This document shows positions 51,851-64,000 of a stretch of 64,000 nt of DNA, piece by piece. Position 1 is the stretch's first letter. The number at the start of each line of letters is the position of its first letter. Under the pieces are notes generated by a model that made no database searches, was not told the DNA's origin, and worked only from the letters and a program-made list of their open reading frames with translations. Position numbers and translations under genes: made by a program. Source of the stretch: Balanoglossus misakiensis (Eukaryota; Animalia; Hemichordata); contig CM082585.2 of the NCBI GenBank assembly GCA_040954595.2, positions 6,907,808-6,971,807 of the forward strand. The letters run 5' to 3'.

Positions 51851-54800
51851 AAGTATATCCAGAACAATATTCTCATGCAATACTGAAGTAACCAAAATTT
51901 TAATAGGAGAACTTTTTTCCCCCGTAAAGGTACTTGGATGTGGTATAATCAATTGCAACATCATAGCAAAAGATGGAGATCATTAAAGTCACTTTACAGC
52001 TGTGCCACCACTTGTTTGTCATCATGGTTTAGTATTTCTAAGCTCATGATAACATTCCATGATGGTGTTTTGTAAATCTGACTGTTAATGGACTAATAAA
52101 TCAAGCACACTGTATTGTTTACTCGTAAAGTGTAAACTATTACCCGATATATGTCTCCTCCAGACTAAGTGTAGGATTTCATTATTCTCCAAGAATTATA
52201 AAAAAAATTCTTATAGCTATTTTGCATATTTTGTACATATTTGATAATTAGTTTTTGAGTGCTTTCACAATGGACGGAAACACATGAAGTGTTTTACCCC
52301 TAAAATATAAAAACAATCGTGATGAAGGATGAAATTTAGTGTTTCACATCTGAAAATAAATCAAGGCTTACAGAATAAAACCTCCTCTTTTTTAAGATGG
52401 CTACTGTAGAATGTAGATTTCTTGACGGGTATTGCACCTAATTATTCTACTGAGGGACATTTGAGTTTTTCACATAATCCTTTTTACTATACCTACAGAT
52501 TGTAAAAATTTTGGAGAGCCCTTAGATCGCAGAGAAATAAAACAAGGCTAAAAAGCTTAGCTCTGCATGTGTAGTATATCAAACATACTATGACTTATTA
52601 TGTCAAAAATTTAATAGCATTTAAACACTTAGCTGTAATATACGTTCATTAAAAGCAAAATATGATTTATTTCGGTCTCACTCAAGTCTTAACGTTTTCC
52701 TTCATATCCAAATTGCCTTTCAGCTTCGAATAAAAAATGTTGTTTACATGGATGTTGAAAAAAATTACACACTCCAAATCACTTGACACTTGCTAGTGTA
52801 TATTGTACAAGTCTGTGTAGCAAGAGTAAATGTATTAAAATGCCATTACAATGCCCCCTTTGTGGAAATAGTGAAACAGATGGTTGATATGGCCATCACG
52901 TGTAATTCAAATTAATCTCTAAATCTTATATGATATTCCATATATACATCATCAAAAATAGCAGTGTTAAATTAGCATAGTTGTGCCACTTGACATCGGC
53001 GTATTCAAATAGTGACAAATCCTGGGTAGGACTGTATTGAATTACCGGTAGTTGAGTTCGAAGAACTTGCATGGTTAAGACATCATAATGAGTTTAGGCA
53101 GACTGTACATCTTTAAAGAAATTGATTGTGTAATTTGCATACAAGACTTGTCTAAAAATCTGAAAGCCTGTTAATCACCAAAAATGTGGAAGTAGAACTG
53201 TCTTAAATTAACAGTTGCTGTAATATATTACAGTGCATTGCAAATATAAACCATTTCAGCTGCTGAGAACTCATACTTTTCTGCAAGAAAATCTACCACT
53301 TGACTTAACTCAAATCGCTGTATATAAGGTAAAACCGCACAAGTATATATTCGCAAGAACATTTAGACGAATGTCAAAGATACAATTGAAAGTAAAATGT
53401 GCCAGTCTGTATCAGATGGCATATTATTAAGTAGTTAGAATAACTTACTCAACTGATCAAGGCTGGCTTTTATGAATCAGAGTCAAGGTTATAGTTTTAA
53501 CAGTTACCCTGAAATTTTCAGTCACTCTCTCTGACTAAATTCAAAAATTGTCGGCAGCAAAAAATGTTTTGTAAGACGAATAGTACCAATAATGATAGAA
53601 AAACATATTTGTAAAAGTAATCAATAGTATAAGTAAAAATGTTCTAAGAAAATTTAAAATGAGGTGTACGCTGGTGGCTAGTAATTAGAAATTATATTTA
53701 CCTGTGGCTGGCTAACTCTGGTGAATGGAAATCAAAAGGAGCCCAGTATGAACATGTGCTGCTTACGGAAACGCCAGATTCGTGGAACTAAACTCTCATT
53801 GCTAATTCTTTGAGCTGTGCCACCCCTATGGAAGCAATGGTGAGGTCCGCGCCACAGCACATTATCGGTTTTCATGAATAGAATGTCCCGCAGGATTTGC
53901 TTCATGAACTCTATACGTTCTTCACAGATGGGATGGATTCTGCTCTCCCTCGAGAAAGAATGCAACAGTCCGTGGTATTGTGAGCAAAAGATTTATGCCA
54001 CAGACCATGATTTGATGATTATATTTCATTTTAAAATCGGCCGATTTCGAACCTGGTTAAATATATTCAAAGAGCAGGAAGCTGCGTTCGAAAATTTATT
54101 TTGTTGGAGAATGAAACATGTCAGAGTATGATTAAACAGTAAATCCGCAAGTAGCTACTCCTGTTTATGGAGAGAGAACAATTCATCAGGTCACTGAGCA
54201 AGCCGACCCAGCGACTCGAGGTAACAGGTTTGACAGGCTATTTGCTGTCTGAGGGGATTTATTTAGTATTTAGATTTTCAGGGAGGAATTGTCAGTATTT
54301 ATCTGTGTCATATTCCACTGGCGATGTTGTTTGCGTGATTTTGTGATTTGCGTATTCAGCAGGCTGAGACTGGAACTCGCAGGCAAAAATAAACTTCATG
54401 CCCTGCCGCAGTAGGCAACATGGCACCGGCTATAAGATTAGGGAAATTTGAGGTTTTGTGGCGTTTTTAAGGTTTACATTGAAGCTGATGTATTCATGAT
54501 TTATTTTGCAAAGTCTTCAGATGAAAGTCTCTGAGATTGAAAGTTTGATGCATACCTATTTAGCAGACAGAAAGTGGAATCAATTGTGATTCTAGAAAAT
54601 TGCATTTCTCACCAGTGTTTATTTTTCTAATTAGGGCAGTGTTACCAAACACTTACCCTATTATGCGCTAATCGCTGTGTAAATATTTGAAATGAAATCA
54701 TGTGAAAAATTAATTGCACGGAACGGAAATTCTGAAATAAATGTCGATGGTGCCCGCTGGTACACAATGGCTGGCTGTTTTAACAGATGCAGATGGACAG

Positions 54801-55737
54801 CAGGAGTGATATCCATTATTTCTCTCCTATTTGATGGATAAGATGAAATCCCTCCCTGGAGCACATGCGAGCCAGGCTTTTAGTTTCAGTTATAGCAGTG
54901 TTATTATGTGTTCAACTCTGGGAAAATGCTGTCCTTTTTGTGTCTTTGTGTGATCTATCTTTTCATTTTTTTTTTTGCACATCCATCATTTCAGGCCCGT
55001 TTATCATTTATGTGAGTATTATCTATCGAACCTGCTATAGGTCAGAAAACGAACAGCCTTTGTCAAAATCTTTTTTAAAAAAGAAAACAGAAATTTACAA
55101 ACTAGTGTAGATTCTAACAGTATGGTTTTAAGTTGTCACTGAACATGAAATTGAGTGGGATGCGCTCTGATAGATTCAGCTTGTGGTGAAGATATAGGAT
55201 TCCTAGTTTTCACCCGATGCCACCAAATAAATAAATATTTGAAGTGCATTAGGCTCTGGCTGTAAAAGACAGCAGAGTCACAAATTTAAACATCAACCTC
55301 TGGATGACAGATCATCAGGAAAACATATTTCCTCCCAAGGGGCCAACTAATTTCCTTCCCAGACTGCGGTAAAAACCAATATGTGGACACGTGCCCGATA
55401 AAGTTTAATTTGAGAAAACAAATCTACATCTCCATCTTTAAGTTCTTGTTAGGGTCCTATAATTCAAGAACTGAGATTGATTGTTGTAAAACCAGCATGC
55501 TGCTTGACATTACCTGCACATTATCTTTTTGTTGTTTCGAAGACTAGATTTATGTGGGAAACACGGGATGAAAATTCAAGCTGTGGCAGAAATGACTGCA
55601 GTGATATCTGTCACACATGAAAAGTACGCACTTAAATGTAAAAGTTTAAAACTCTAATCAAAGAAACTCAAATCAGTTTAAAAATCAGTAAAGAATAAAT
55701 ATGTGGTCACATTGCAAGCCACATTGAATTTAATATA

Positions 55738-55839
55738 ATTTGAAATTCAAAATGGCCGCCAATATTTGAAATTCAAAATGGCCGCCCAATATTTGAAATT
55801 CAAAATGGCTGCCATTATTTAAAATTCAAAAGGGTACCC
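55738..55839 (+). repeat. 26-27 bp tandem repeat, ~4 units (AATATTTGAAATTCAAAATGGCCGCC)
   Basis: Three near-identical units and one decayed unit read directly. Confidence 0.85.
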
Positions 55840-58800
55840 ATCATTTGCAACCACTCCTGACAATTTAAATCACCCTTCAAATGTTGAACTTTTATTGGCT
55901 CTGCTCTGCAAACCATTATCAAGAATTTGTTTGCCGTTTGGTTTATCTATCGGCAAGGATTTCTTTAACATCTCTGGGAGAAAAACTTGATTGAATTAAT
56001 AATGGTTCTCATACACATGGCAATTTCCGTAATCTCATGCGAAATTAACTCTCAAAATTGGCCTTTGTTCGTCCGTGTCCGGTAGCCTTGGGGCGAGTAT
56101 GAATATTGAATGAAATGGGTGTATATGCACGGGTAGTGTAATTATACATCATATCTGTGTTGTTCCAGTGCCTATCGCACGACAAATGCAATATACTGCG
56201 CGACAGCAGTCAATGAAGTCAAGACCTCAGAACATGACACATGAAATTCAAATATTGGATGAATTAAATCTTGAAAGGATGATGAAAATGCATGCAGACA
56301 CTGTCATTGTAGCAAAAGTGATCAACTGTCAAAATGATGTCTACAGCTTCATATAAGGGCAAAATTTGTGAACTCTGAGATTATAATGAATAATAGGTCT
56401 GCTGTGTAGTGAGTGTCAATTTTCACATTGATGGAAATGTTGGAAGGAGGAATAGAGAGAGAAAAAATGGTGCCTGAGGTCTAGATTTCTAGATAGCGTA
56501 AAGTGATTCTAGCGCATTATCTGTGCAAGTATGCATGAATCTGGGTCATATAATGAAATCAAGAAATGTTAATTGAATTCACAGTGCAGGACTTGCAGGC
56601 CAGAACTGTTGTCAAAGTCGCTTACAGTTCAAACAGTGAAAAAGTGTAATTCCTTTAGGTGTTAACAATTAACACTTTACTGTGACATTTGTTTTGATTT
56701 GGAAACTCTGAAAAAAAATTCACTTGAGGCGAAAGGTTTATTGCATGGATATGGTTTGCTTGTACTCGCTGAAATCCTATCATATATTCTGTCTTTTAGC
56801 TCAGCATCAGTGTTTGACATCTTACTCTCAATGAACCTTTCACCCCTCTTTCCTTGTATGGCAAGTCCAACCCAACACTGTTACCAAAAGTAAAAAAGCA
56901 GAAAAAATCGATCTAAACTGTTTTTAAATGATGGATTTTTACAGAAGGGATTTTTTTTTGTTCGAAATTTGTACAACTGTTCAGTGCAAATGTTCATCCA
57001 GGATGTGAAAAAAAGGGTTTGCTTAAACCATCTACAAAGCAAAAGCATATTCGCAACATCTTACATGTAGTTTCTATCCATAAACCACGATACAGGTGAA
57101 ACTGAATCTCGTCTTAATTAACAGTAAAGGGAACATATCTCAGCATGGAATAATAAAGACTTCACATGTATATGGATATAGACAAATAATTAAGCCTGCA
57201 CAATCAACTTCAAAGGGCCTTTTTTCAGATGAGATGAAATATCTACCCAGCCGCTCAAATGAGACACGCAGAAAGATAACAAATTAGCCAGGAGAGGAGT
57301 TATTACTCTTGGAGCACTTTCCCTAGTGACAGGAAAGTTTGGAAAGCTTTTGGCATTCCCGTAAAATTTGACGACGTTGCATTTGCAATAATGAGGCTGT
57401 AACTGGCTCCATCTATCATGGGTTTTTCTTGCATATATGAAAGAAAGTTTCCTGAACGAGTGTCTTTATATTCATACAATCATGTATACCGGTATGGTTT
57501 AAGTATTCCTTTCATTTGAGGGTTAATGGGTTGGGTTAAAAATTTAGTCCTTTCTGTATGGCCTCAGCGTCTATAAGTCTGGGTTGCCATTGCCTTTAAT
57601 CAATGACACAGTGTATATATACATGTACATTGCAAAATATATGATTTCTTGTTTCGGTTATATTTATAAGTGTAGTGCGACACAGCCTCTAAAGGTCAAA
57701 ATGTCTAAGGTGAAAACATGGAATAAACTGAAATGATAAAAATGATATTAAAATAAACAAGGTGATATATACAAAAATAGGATTCATATTGGTGTTATAT
57801 TTCATAACTTGGCAGTTAATGTAATTTTTGTGAAACACTTCATAGATTGTCAAAATATTGTGCCAGTGGTTTTGACAGTCTGCATAAGGACCTTTATCTT
57901 CTGATATGGGCATCCACTATCAGATCTAGATTGCGATTGCACAGTTTGTGTCGCATGTGCGTCACAGAGGTGAGAGAATTCATAGAATGAGAGCTGTATA
58001 CCTCCCAGTTGACACCGTATCCCTCGGCTCAGTGGGGGGAAGTGATTGCAGACAGATTACCTGGGATCTCGCGAGCACAATCTCTAATGACTTTCCAGAT
58101 GGAACATGAAGTCACCATTGATAATCTGGACCCCAACCTCCTATATGTGTGTTTTCATGGCTTTATTCACAGAGGTCTGGCGTGACTGGGGTGCTCAACT
58201 AGCCACCTTGTTAGGTTCAGAGTAGATTTAGATAAAACAGTTTCGTGACTGCATGCTACATTCGTGGCCCCATCATCCGCAATCTCTTGAAGTCATGTCT
58301 TAACAGCTTAGCTCACCTCTACAATCACTTGTTCCGTCTGTCAAAATCATTAAAAAAGACTCATAAAAAAATCCACTCTGAATAACAGTCTTTTTCTTCA
58401 ATTGCCATTTTTTGTAAATTTGCCAAGCTGTACATCATCTAAAAAAGGACAAATTATAGTCAAGGATGTAGACCGACCCACTTTTCGTGGAAGTAGAGCA
58501 GATGAAGAAAAGTACAGCTGCTTTTTTTTCTTATTTCCCTTCATTAGGAAGGTCTGCCATCTAACTGAATCTCTTTAAGTCCGGCCAGGAAATGAAATAC
58601 ATGATTTGAAAATACAACTTCATCAGCTGGGCCCCTTCTATTGCAAATCTTTTCTAATGAAGTCATGTATGAAATCAGATGTAATCTGAACTCAATTGCT
58701 GTTGTCGTTCTCGTGAAACCTGCTGGTTATAGTTCTTGAAGAAAGATGTCTAATGTTGTTGAGACATATAACTTTTCCTTGGCAATGATCAGTCTATTGT

Positions 58801-61800
58801 TAAAGGTCTTCAGTTGAATGGTAAACTAATTTTGAGCAAGCGTTTCCAACATTGGCTATACATATACTGTAAATGTTCTGTTGGCCTGGCGTGGTCTCAG
58901 TTAAATGTCAACTAAGCTCCCACTCTTGGCGTGATTACTGAGGCTGCATTACTAGAATCTAGTAATGGTGGCACCAGAAATCAAATGACTCAAGGAAGGA
59001 ATCAAGCTGCAGGCCAAATGGTTACAAACATGGAACATACACTTTCACAGAATGAGGTCACTGAGCTAGATTTCCATGTCGTTGACTCTTCCCCGACTCA
59101 AGATCAACTCACTACAGGCCTGAGAATTTGAATGTGTGATCATTATGATACATAATTTTAGATGGACGAAGATGAGGCTTTGAAATGCTGAATACAGATC
59201 ACTGTAGACTCTTGCTATATTCATATTTGATGGTATTGATGAGAATGAAGATAACCAGGAAAGAGCTCAAGCTTTTATGACTCAGAGAATCCATCAGTGG
59301 TGATGTGGATTACTGCAAAGATTAGAAGTAACTTTGCATAAAAAGTAGTACAAGCTCAACTCAGCGGAGTTTTCATGTCACCTTTTCTTTGGATGAGCGT
59401 GAAGTATGCATTACTACCGGTACAGAGAGCTGGAATATTTATAAGGGCGACTCAACTTCACTCTGTGAAAAAGATTATGAATGGAGTCGTGGGTTTGCAA
59501 AAGCAGAGGGATTGATGAATGGTACAGGCAACTTTCAATTGCATTGTTTATGAAGTGATGCAGTGGTTTCGATGGGTATGATGAGCAATGCAAATTGACC
59601 GGGAGGGACGGAGTGTTGAATACCTTGAGTACAGCTTTTTCTTCAACACTTTGACAGAGTATCAGAGGCTTCATTCAAGTGTACGTACAGATATGTGGCG
59701 ACACTAGACGATTTTTTGCAAAATATCAAGGGGCCGTTCACATATGCCAGCTACTTGTTCACGGAGAAATTTCCACAAGTCCCTGTCGATGACTTTGAAG
59801 TGGTTGATGGCTGTAATGTGAAGGGCTCTCCCAAGAAATCTGCGTCTGAAGCTTGGTGCTCAGACTACATGTACATCACGTCATCTTTGAATTCCAATCA
59901 TGACGTCTTACATGAGGCTAGATCTGAATCAGACCTATGTAGCCTCTAGATGATGGACATGATCGGCGGAGTTTGTGCTGACCCTTTTAACATCTAACAC
60001 ATTATTCGAAGAATCTTACCCAAACCCTTTAATTAATGTAGCCTTGAAAGAATAGTTTATTAGTTAATTATGACAACTGACACTTAGGTACAATGATATT
60101 CATGTGATGTTTTTATGATATGAAACCATATATCTTCTGATTTATTACTCTTTTGGATTCATCTTGTCAGAAAATTACAAAAGACCTTGAGATATACGAC
60201 ACCGTGTCATTATTGACACTGAATAGGTTAGGGTACAGGAGTGTGAGGTATTCAAACAAATCACACTAAAGGTTACTGTTAGAGGCTGTTTGTAAAAGAC
60301 TAATTGCCAGATCGGGTTTCTGATATAATCAGCGAGGGAGACACGTATGTACGGCAAGACTGTTGAGAAACGACGTACGTACGTGCAGTGGACCGTGTTT
60401 TCCTCAGTTTACAGGGCATTTGTCCTAGAACTATAGATACATGTAGCAATTGCTTGATACAAGATGTGTCATTCTTTGTTAATACACTGATGCCTAGACA
60501 CGCCCTCTGTCCAGGGTGAATGACTGCAGATAGAGTTCATTGAATGAATTATAATTTCGTTTGGTTTCCAATTTCATCTCTACAGATGACACCAAAAAGG
60601 GAAAACAGAATTGCCATCGCGCTCAGAAATAGTAAATAGTTGTTTTCTAACCAACGTTGTTCACTTAATGTTACAATGATTATGGAGCAAAGTGCACGAT
60701 GTATATCTTGAACATCCCAGCTATGAGATCCCTCAACCAGCGAAATGAAACCATGATGTTATGTACCAGAAACATGTCCAAGTTTTATCCTTGCCTAATA
60801 TACATGTATGCTCATGGCTAAATGTTCACTTTTCTGACAAAAACTCAAGAACTGTAATGTCAGGCTTTATACATACTCTGACGTTTCCATCATGTGTATT
60901 CAAAAGCCCCTTTATCTACATACCTTTAAAATTAAATGTATCTTGTAAAACTGTTCCGCGCGTGAAAATCTAATCTATCACCCTTCTTTGTCTGTTGTTG
61001 CATGAGATATGTCCATATGGAATTTAATGAAGTCAGATGGGATCCACAGGGATAACATTGATCTTCTGTGCACAATGAGAAGCTACCAGCTTTCAGTTAT
61101 TATTAGTTTAATTTTGTGTTATTCAGGAAGTTATGTGCTCCTGTGATTGTGCACATACTGAAGCCAGCTGCAAAGACGTTTTGAAATCCGTGTATAATTG
61201 TCCAAAAGGGCAGCTTGACTACATATAACTGATTGACCCATTGTTGCCTTTCTTCTTGTTCCCTAGAGCTTATAAAATAGAATCAGTTGTATATTACCTA
61301 TAAGCTTCTTTTTTCCAATTTGAGACGACGGTGCCAATTTGTATGTCTCCTGCATTTATGAGAGTGGCTTCAGATGTCTGGCGTTCATCTTGGAAGCATC
61401 TGTGCCGTTAAATAAAATGCTTCAAGTTATACATGAATGCGATACTAATGCATGACAAGTATGCCTTAACAAGCTTCTCGACGTGCATGTGTGTGCGAGA
61501 AGAGTAAAAAGGGGCAAATTTTATTCAAGAGTGTCTCCCTTCTGTGCCAGATATACTTAAAGAGTGTCCCCATAAATTGTTGGCACTGGCAATTAACTTT
61601 AATACCTGCACATGGTATCCATATGCATAGACCAGGTCGAAATATTGCAAGTGGTACAGGTCACACTGTAGGCAGCTTCCTGCGATGTGTTTTTCAGGGG
61701 GCAAATAGCTCCACCGCGGTATGTAGCTTGGATTCAAGCTATGGGAGGATTGTGACTGTTAATTCCTAGTGGCTTCTTGCTTGGTTTGTAAAACTTCATG

Positions 61801-63530
61801 TTTAATTGCAGGCCTGCTGTTAGTTTTTACTGTACATTAGGCACTGTGTACGTGCTTGCAAACTATTTATCTTTAATTCTGTCACATATACATATACATG
61901 TAGATTGTGTTACTATCAAAGCTGGAGACTGGGCATTTCACCATGCTTCAGGGATTTGAACAAGAAACTGCAAGAGATACACAAAACGAAAATACTGAAA
62001 ACTTTGCGAAAAAAGTTATAGCTGTGGAGCTTTAATGGTTGCAGACATCCTGCATAATGCAATATGCAGACTAGCTGTACCAGTATGATGTAGATCTAAA
62101 GTACACCCTTTGTGGGCAGGATTCACTGTCCTTTGTTTGTCGCCGTGAGAAAACTTAAATTGGAACATTCGCTTTTGATATCCAGTTGCTTTTCAGACAC
62201 TACTTTGTCAGCACTGCAGTACATGAATATGTCACGACATGACATTTCTTTTTTGTATTTATTGCGTACGAAGTCAATTTTTAATGACCGAACACGTTAA
62301 CATTCTTTCCTTGTATATTTTGCTTCATGTATTTTCATGAACAAGGAAGTCGTCCTAGATAATGGATAAGTACCCTTTGTGGGAGTCTGTCTTATAATTC
62401 AACACATAAATCTATGAGATTTGTGATTACGGCTTCTTAAATAATTCCTAAAGTGCGTGCCATTTAAACTGAGATGCATTTTAACCAGTGTGGTTTAACG
62501 CAAAGTTTTGGCTTCAAGTATAAAATGTAAAACTGAAAGTCCTTGAAAAATTGACCCTGTCACATGCTGTGCTATTTGCTATCAGGTGAAGTGATTACCT
62601 GTTGTTTTTTCAAGAATGTATATCGCGATTACTTATTAGATTTCTTGTTTTGTTGACCGATGGAGCATTATCCTTGAAAACCTAGCTGTAGTTGCTTTCA
62701 GTTCTTGCAGCAAGCCGATTCTTTGCAGGTAATTTTATATTATGAGCAAAACATGTTCACCATAATGATCTGTCACGTGGCCTACACGTACGTTTTGTCA
62801 TTGCGTGGATGGGCAATTTCAAAACCTTTACCCCTCAATGATCTCGCCAAATGTCATAGGTCCATAATGGAGAATTTGATGGCACTAAATGAGGGTAATT
62901 TGAAAAGATTTGTTTCATTTGTAAACCAGCAAAGTTTAGAAATCCATTTGCAATGCTAACTGTGTAATGGGAATGGTTATCTCTGTGGCTTGTATATTTT
63001 ACCATCAGCATGTTTTGCCAATAGTAAGATCAATGTATATGTTGCACAACTCAGCCTTTAAGTGTGTAGCAGTTGTTCTAGTGTTCAAAGTTGAGATTGT
63101 GATCTGTGCTGTTCATAAATATTGCAAAAAGTCATTATCTTAGCTTGGAAAAAACAGCAAAATTCGGATGTGACATTTTTTTGTCAATGTTAAATTACAG
63201 CTGAAAAGCTATTGTTTGTTTGTTGTTTTAAGTGTGCACAATTTGCCAAGATGGTTAACTCTCTTCTGACAATTTTTGGTCCCCACGGTGTTTGTCAGAA
63301 ATGTTGACGTCATTAGCAAGCAGAATCACTTGAATGTAATTTAAATATGGATGCCCAGAGTCATGGGCAGGATATGAAACTCGTGACAAAGATTGAAGGT
63401 TTTCAGCATTTCCTGTGACGTTGCTATTTGCAAAAAAGCAAACACAATAGGTAGTTCTCATTTGTCATATTACCTTGTCAAGACAGTACATATCAACTTC
63501 CTGTGTGATATGTTATACTCACTTGTTTAA

Positions 63531-63935
63531 GGTGGCAGTGATGTTTACACAGGGATTTTGGCTAAATATAACACTTTGAAAAAACTAGTGGTACTTTTTC
63601 TCGAATGTTGGTACATGTACTTCATTTATTAACTATCAACTTTTTAAAACCTCGATCTTTCAATCAATGTCACTGAAGAACAAATGTTCATGAAGGCTTT
63701 TGTTTCAAATGAGAAATGAACTTTCTAGAAAATGACATCCGCTCTTGAAGTATATTTCTTATATATATTTTTGGCTTAACATGTCTAATTTCTGGTTTTT
63801 AGTAAAGTCACCATGTCCAAGTAAAGCTCAGATAATCAGCTTTATGAAAATGTGCTGTTTGTAGGAGTTTCCACTATTTTCAAAGAGAAACCTTAGGCTT
63901 TGAAAAATATCATGCAGGCAATATGTAGTGCCACC
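63531..63935. mobile_element. Kolobok-like non-autonomous DNA transposon (405 bp, TTAA-flanked)
   Basis: TTAA|GGTGGCAGT ... AGTGCCACC|TTAA: short inverted termini starting with two purines and TTAA on both sides, the Kolobok signature. Confidence 0.55.
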
Positions 63936-64000
63936 TTAATTACCATACTGTGATAGATACATGTAGCCGCATGCTATAGATAGGAAGTATATTGAAGGTT

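Larger units (their letters stand above)
15709..64000 (+). other. PRKX: Intron 2 of PRKX-like gene (open-ended, >48 kb)
   Basis: Donor at 15709. By eye I found no exon encoding the expected next segment (..LYM..EY..GGELF..) in the rest of the window. Confidence 0.65.

Noticed and set aside
55738-55839. Possible CRISPR-like array
   Set aside because: Units are head-to-tail with no unique spacers, no cas genes, and the context is a eukaryotic intron.
58260-58480. Faint resemblance to LINE reverse-transcriptase upstream motifs (LLKSC..HLF.LS; KKG-8aa-RP)
   Set aside because: Motif spacing and frames do not fit and no downstream RT core motifs were seen.
2571-63461. The many other 60-135 aa ORFs in the track
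   Set aside because: Random-like composition, often non-ATG starts, no domain motifs or splice support; expected noise in intronic DNA.

Overview
AT-rich eukaryotic (animal) genomic DNA, almost all intronic. The repeat style suggests an invertebrate deuterostome, but that is inference only. The window holds the CpG-rich promoter and first two coding exons of a PRKX/Pka-C3-type cAMP-dependent protein kinase (+ strand, 1782-1923 and 15540-15708). Intron 1 is 13.6 kb. Intron 2 runs past the window end (>48 kb), as I found no exon 3. Nested antisense in intron 2 is an intact, intronless 353-aa melatonin-receptor-like class A GPCR (24564-25625) with its own TATA box, RFX X-box-like motifs and poly(A) signals. 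The rest is non-coding with short non-autonomous DNA transposons (Tc1/mariner-type with TA, piggyBac-like and Kolobok-like with TTAA) and small tandem repeats. Most notable: (1) a cAMP-pathway-type receptor nested inside a cAMP effector kinase gene; (2) divergent ligand-pocket residues in that receptor; (3) an excess of the palindromes TACATGTA and TACCGGTA that match Tc1/mariner excision footprints; (4) many RFX X-box-like motifs. No prokaryotic-type system, CRISPR array or structural RNA gene was recognised.
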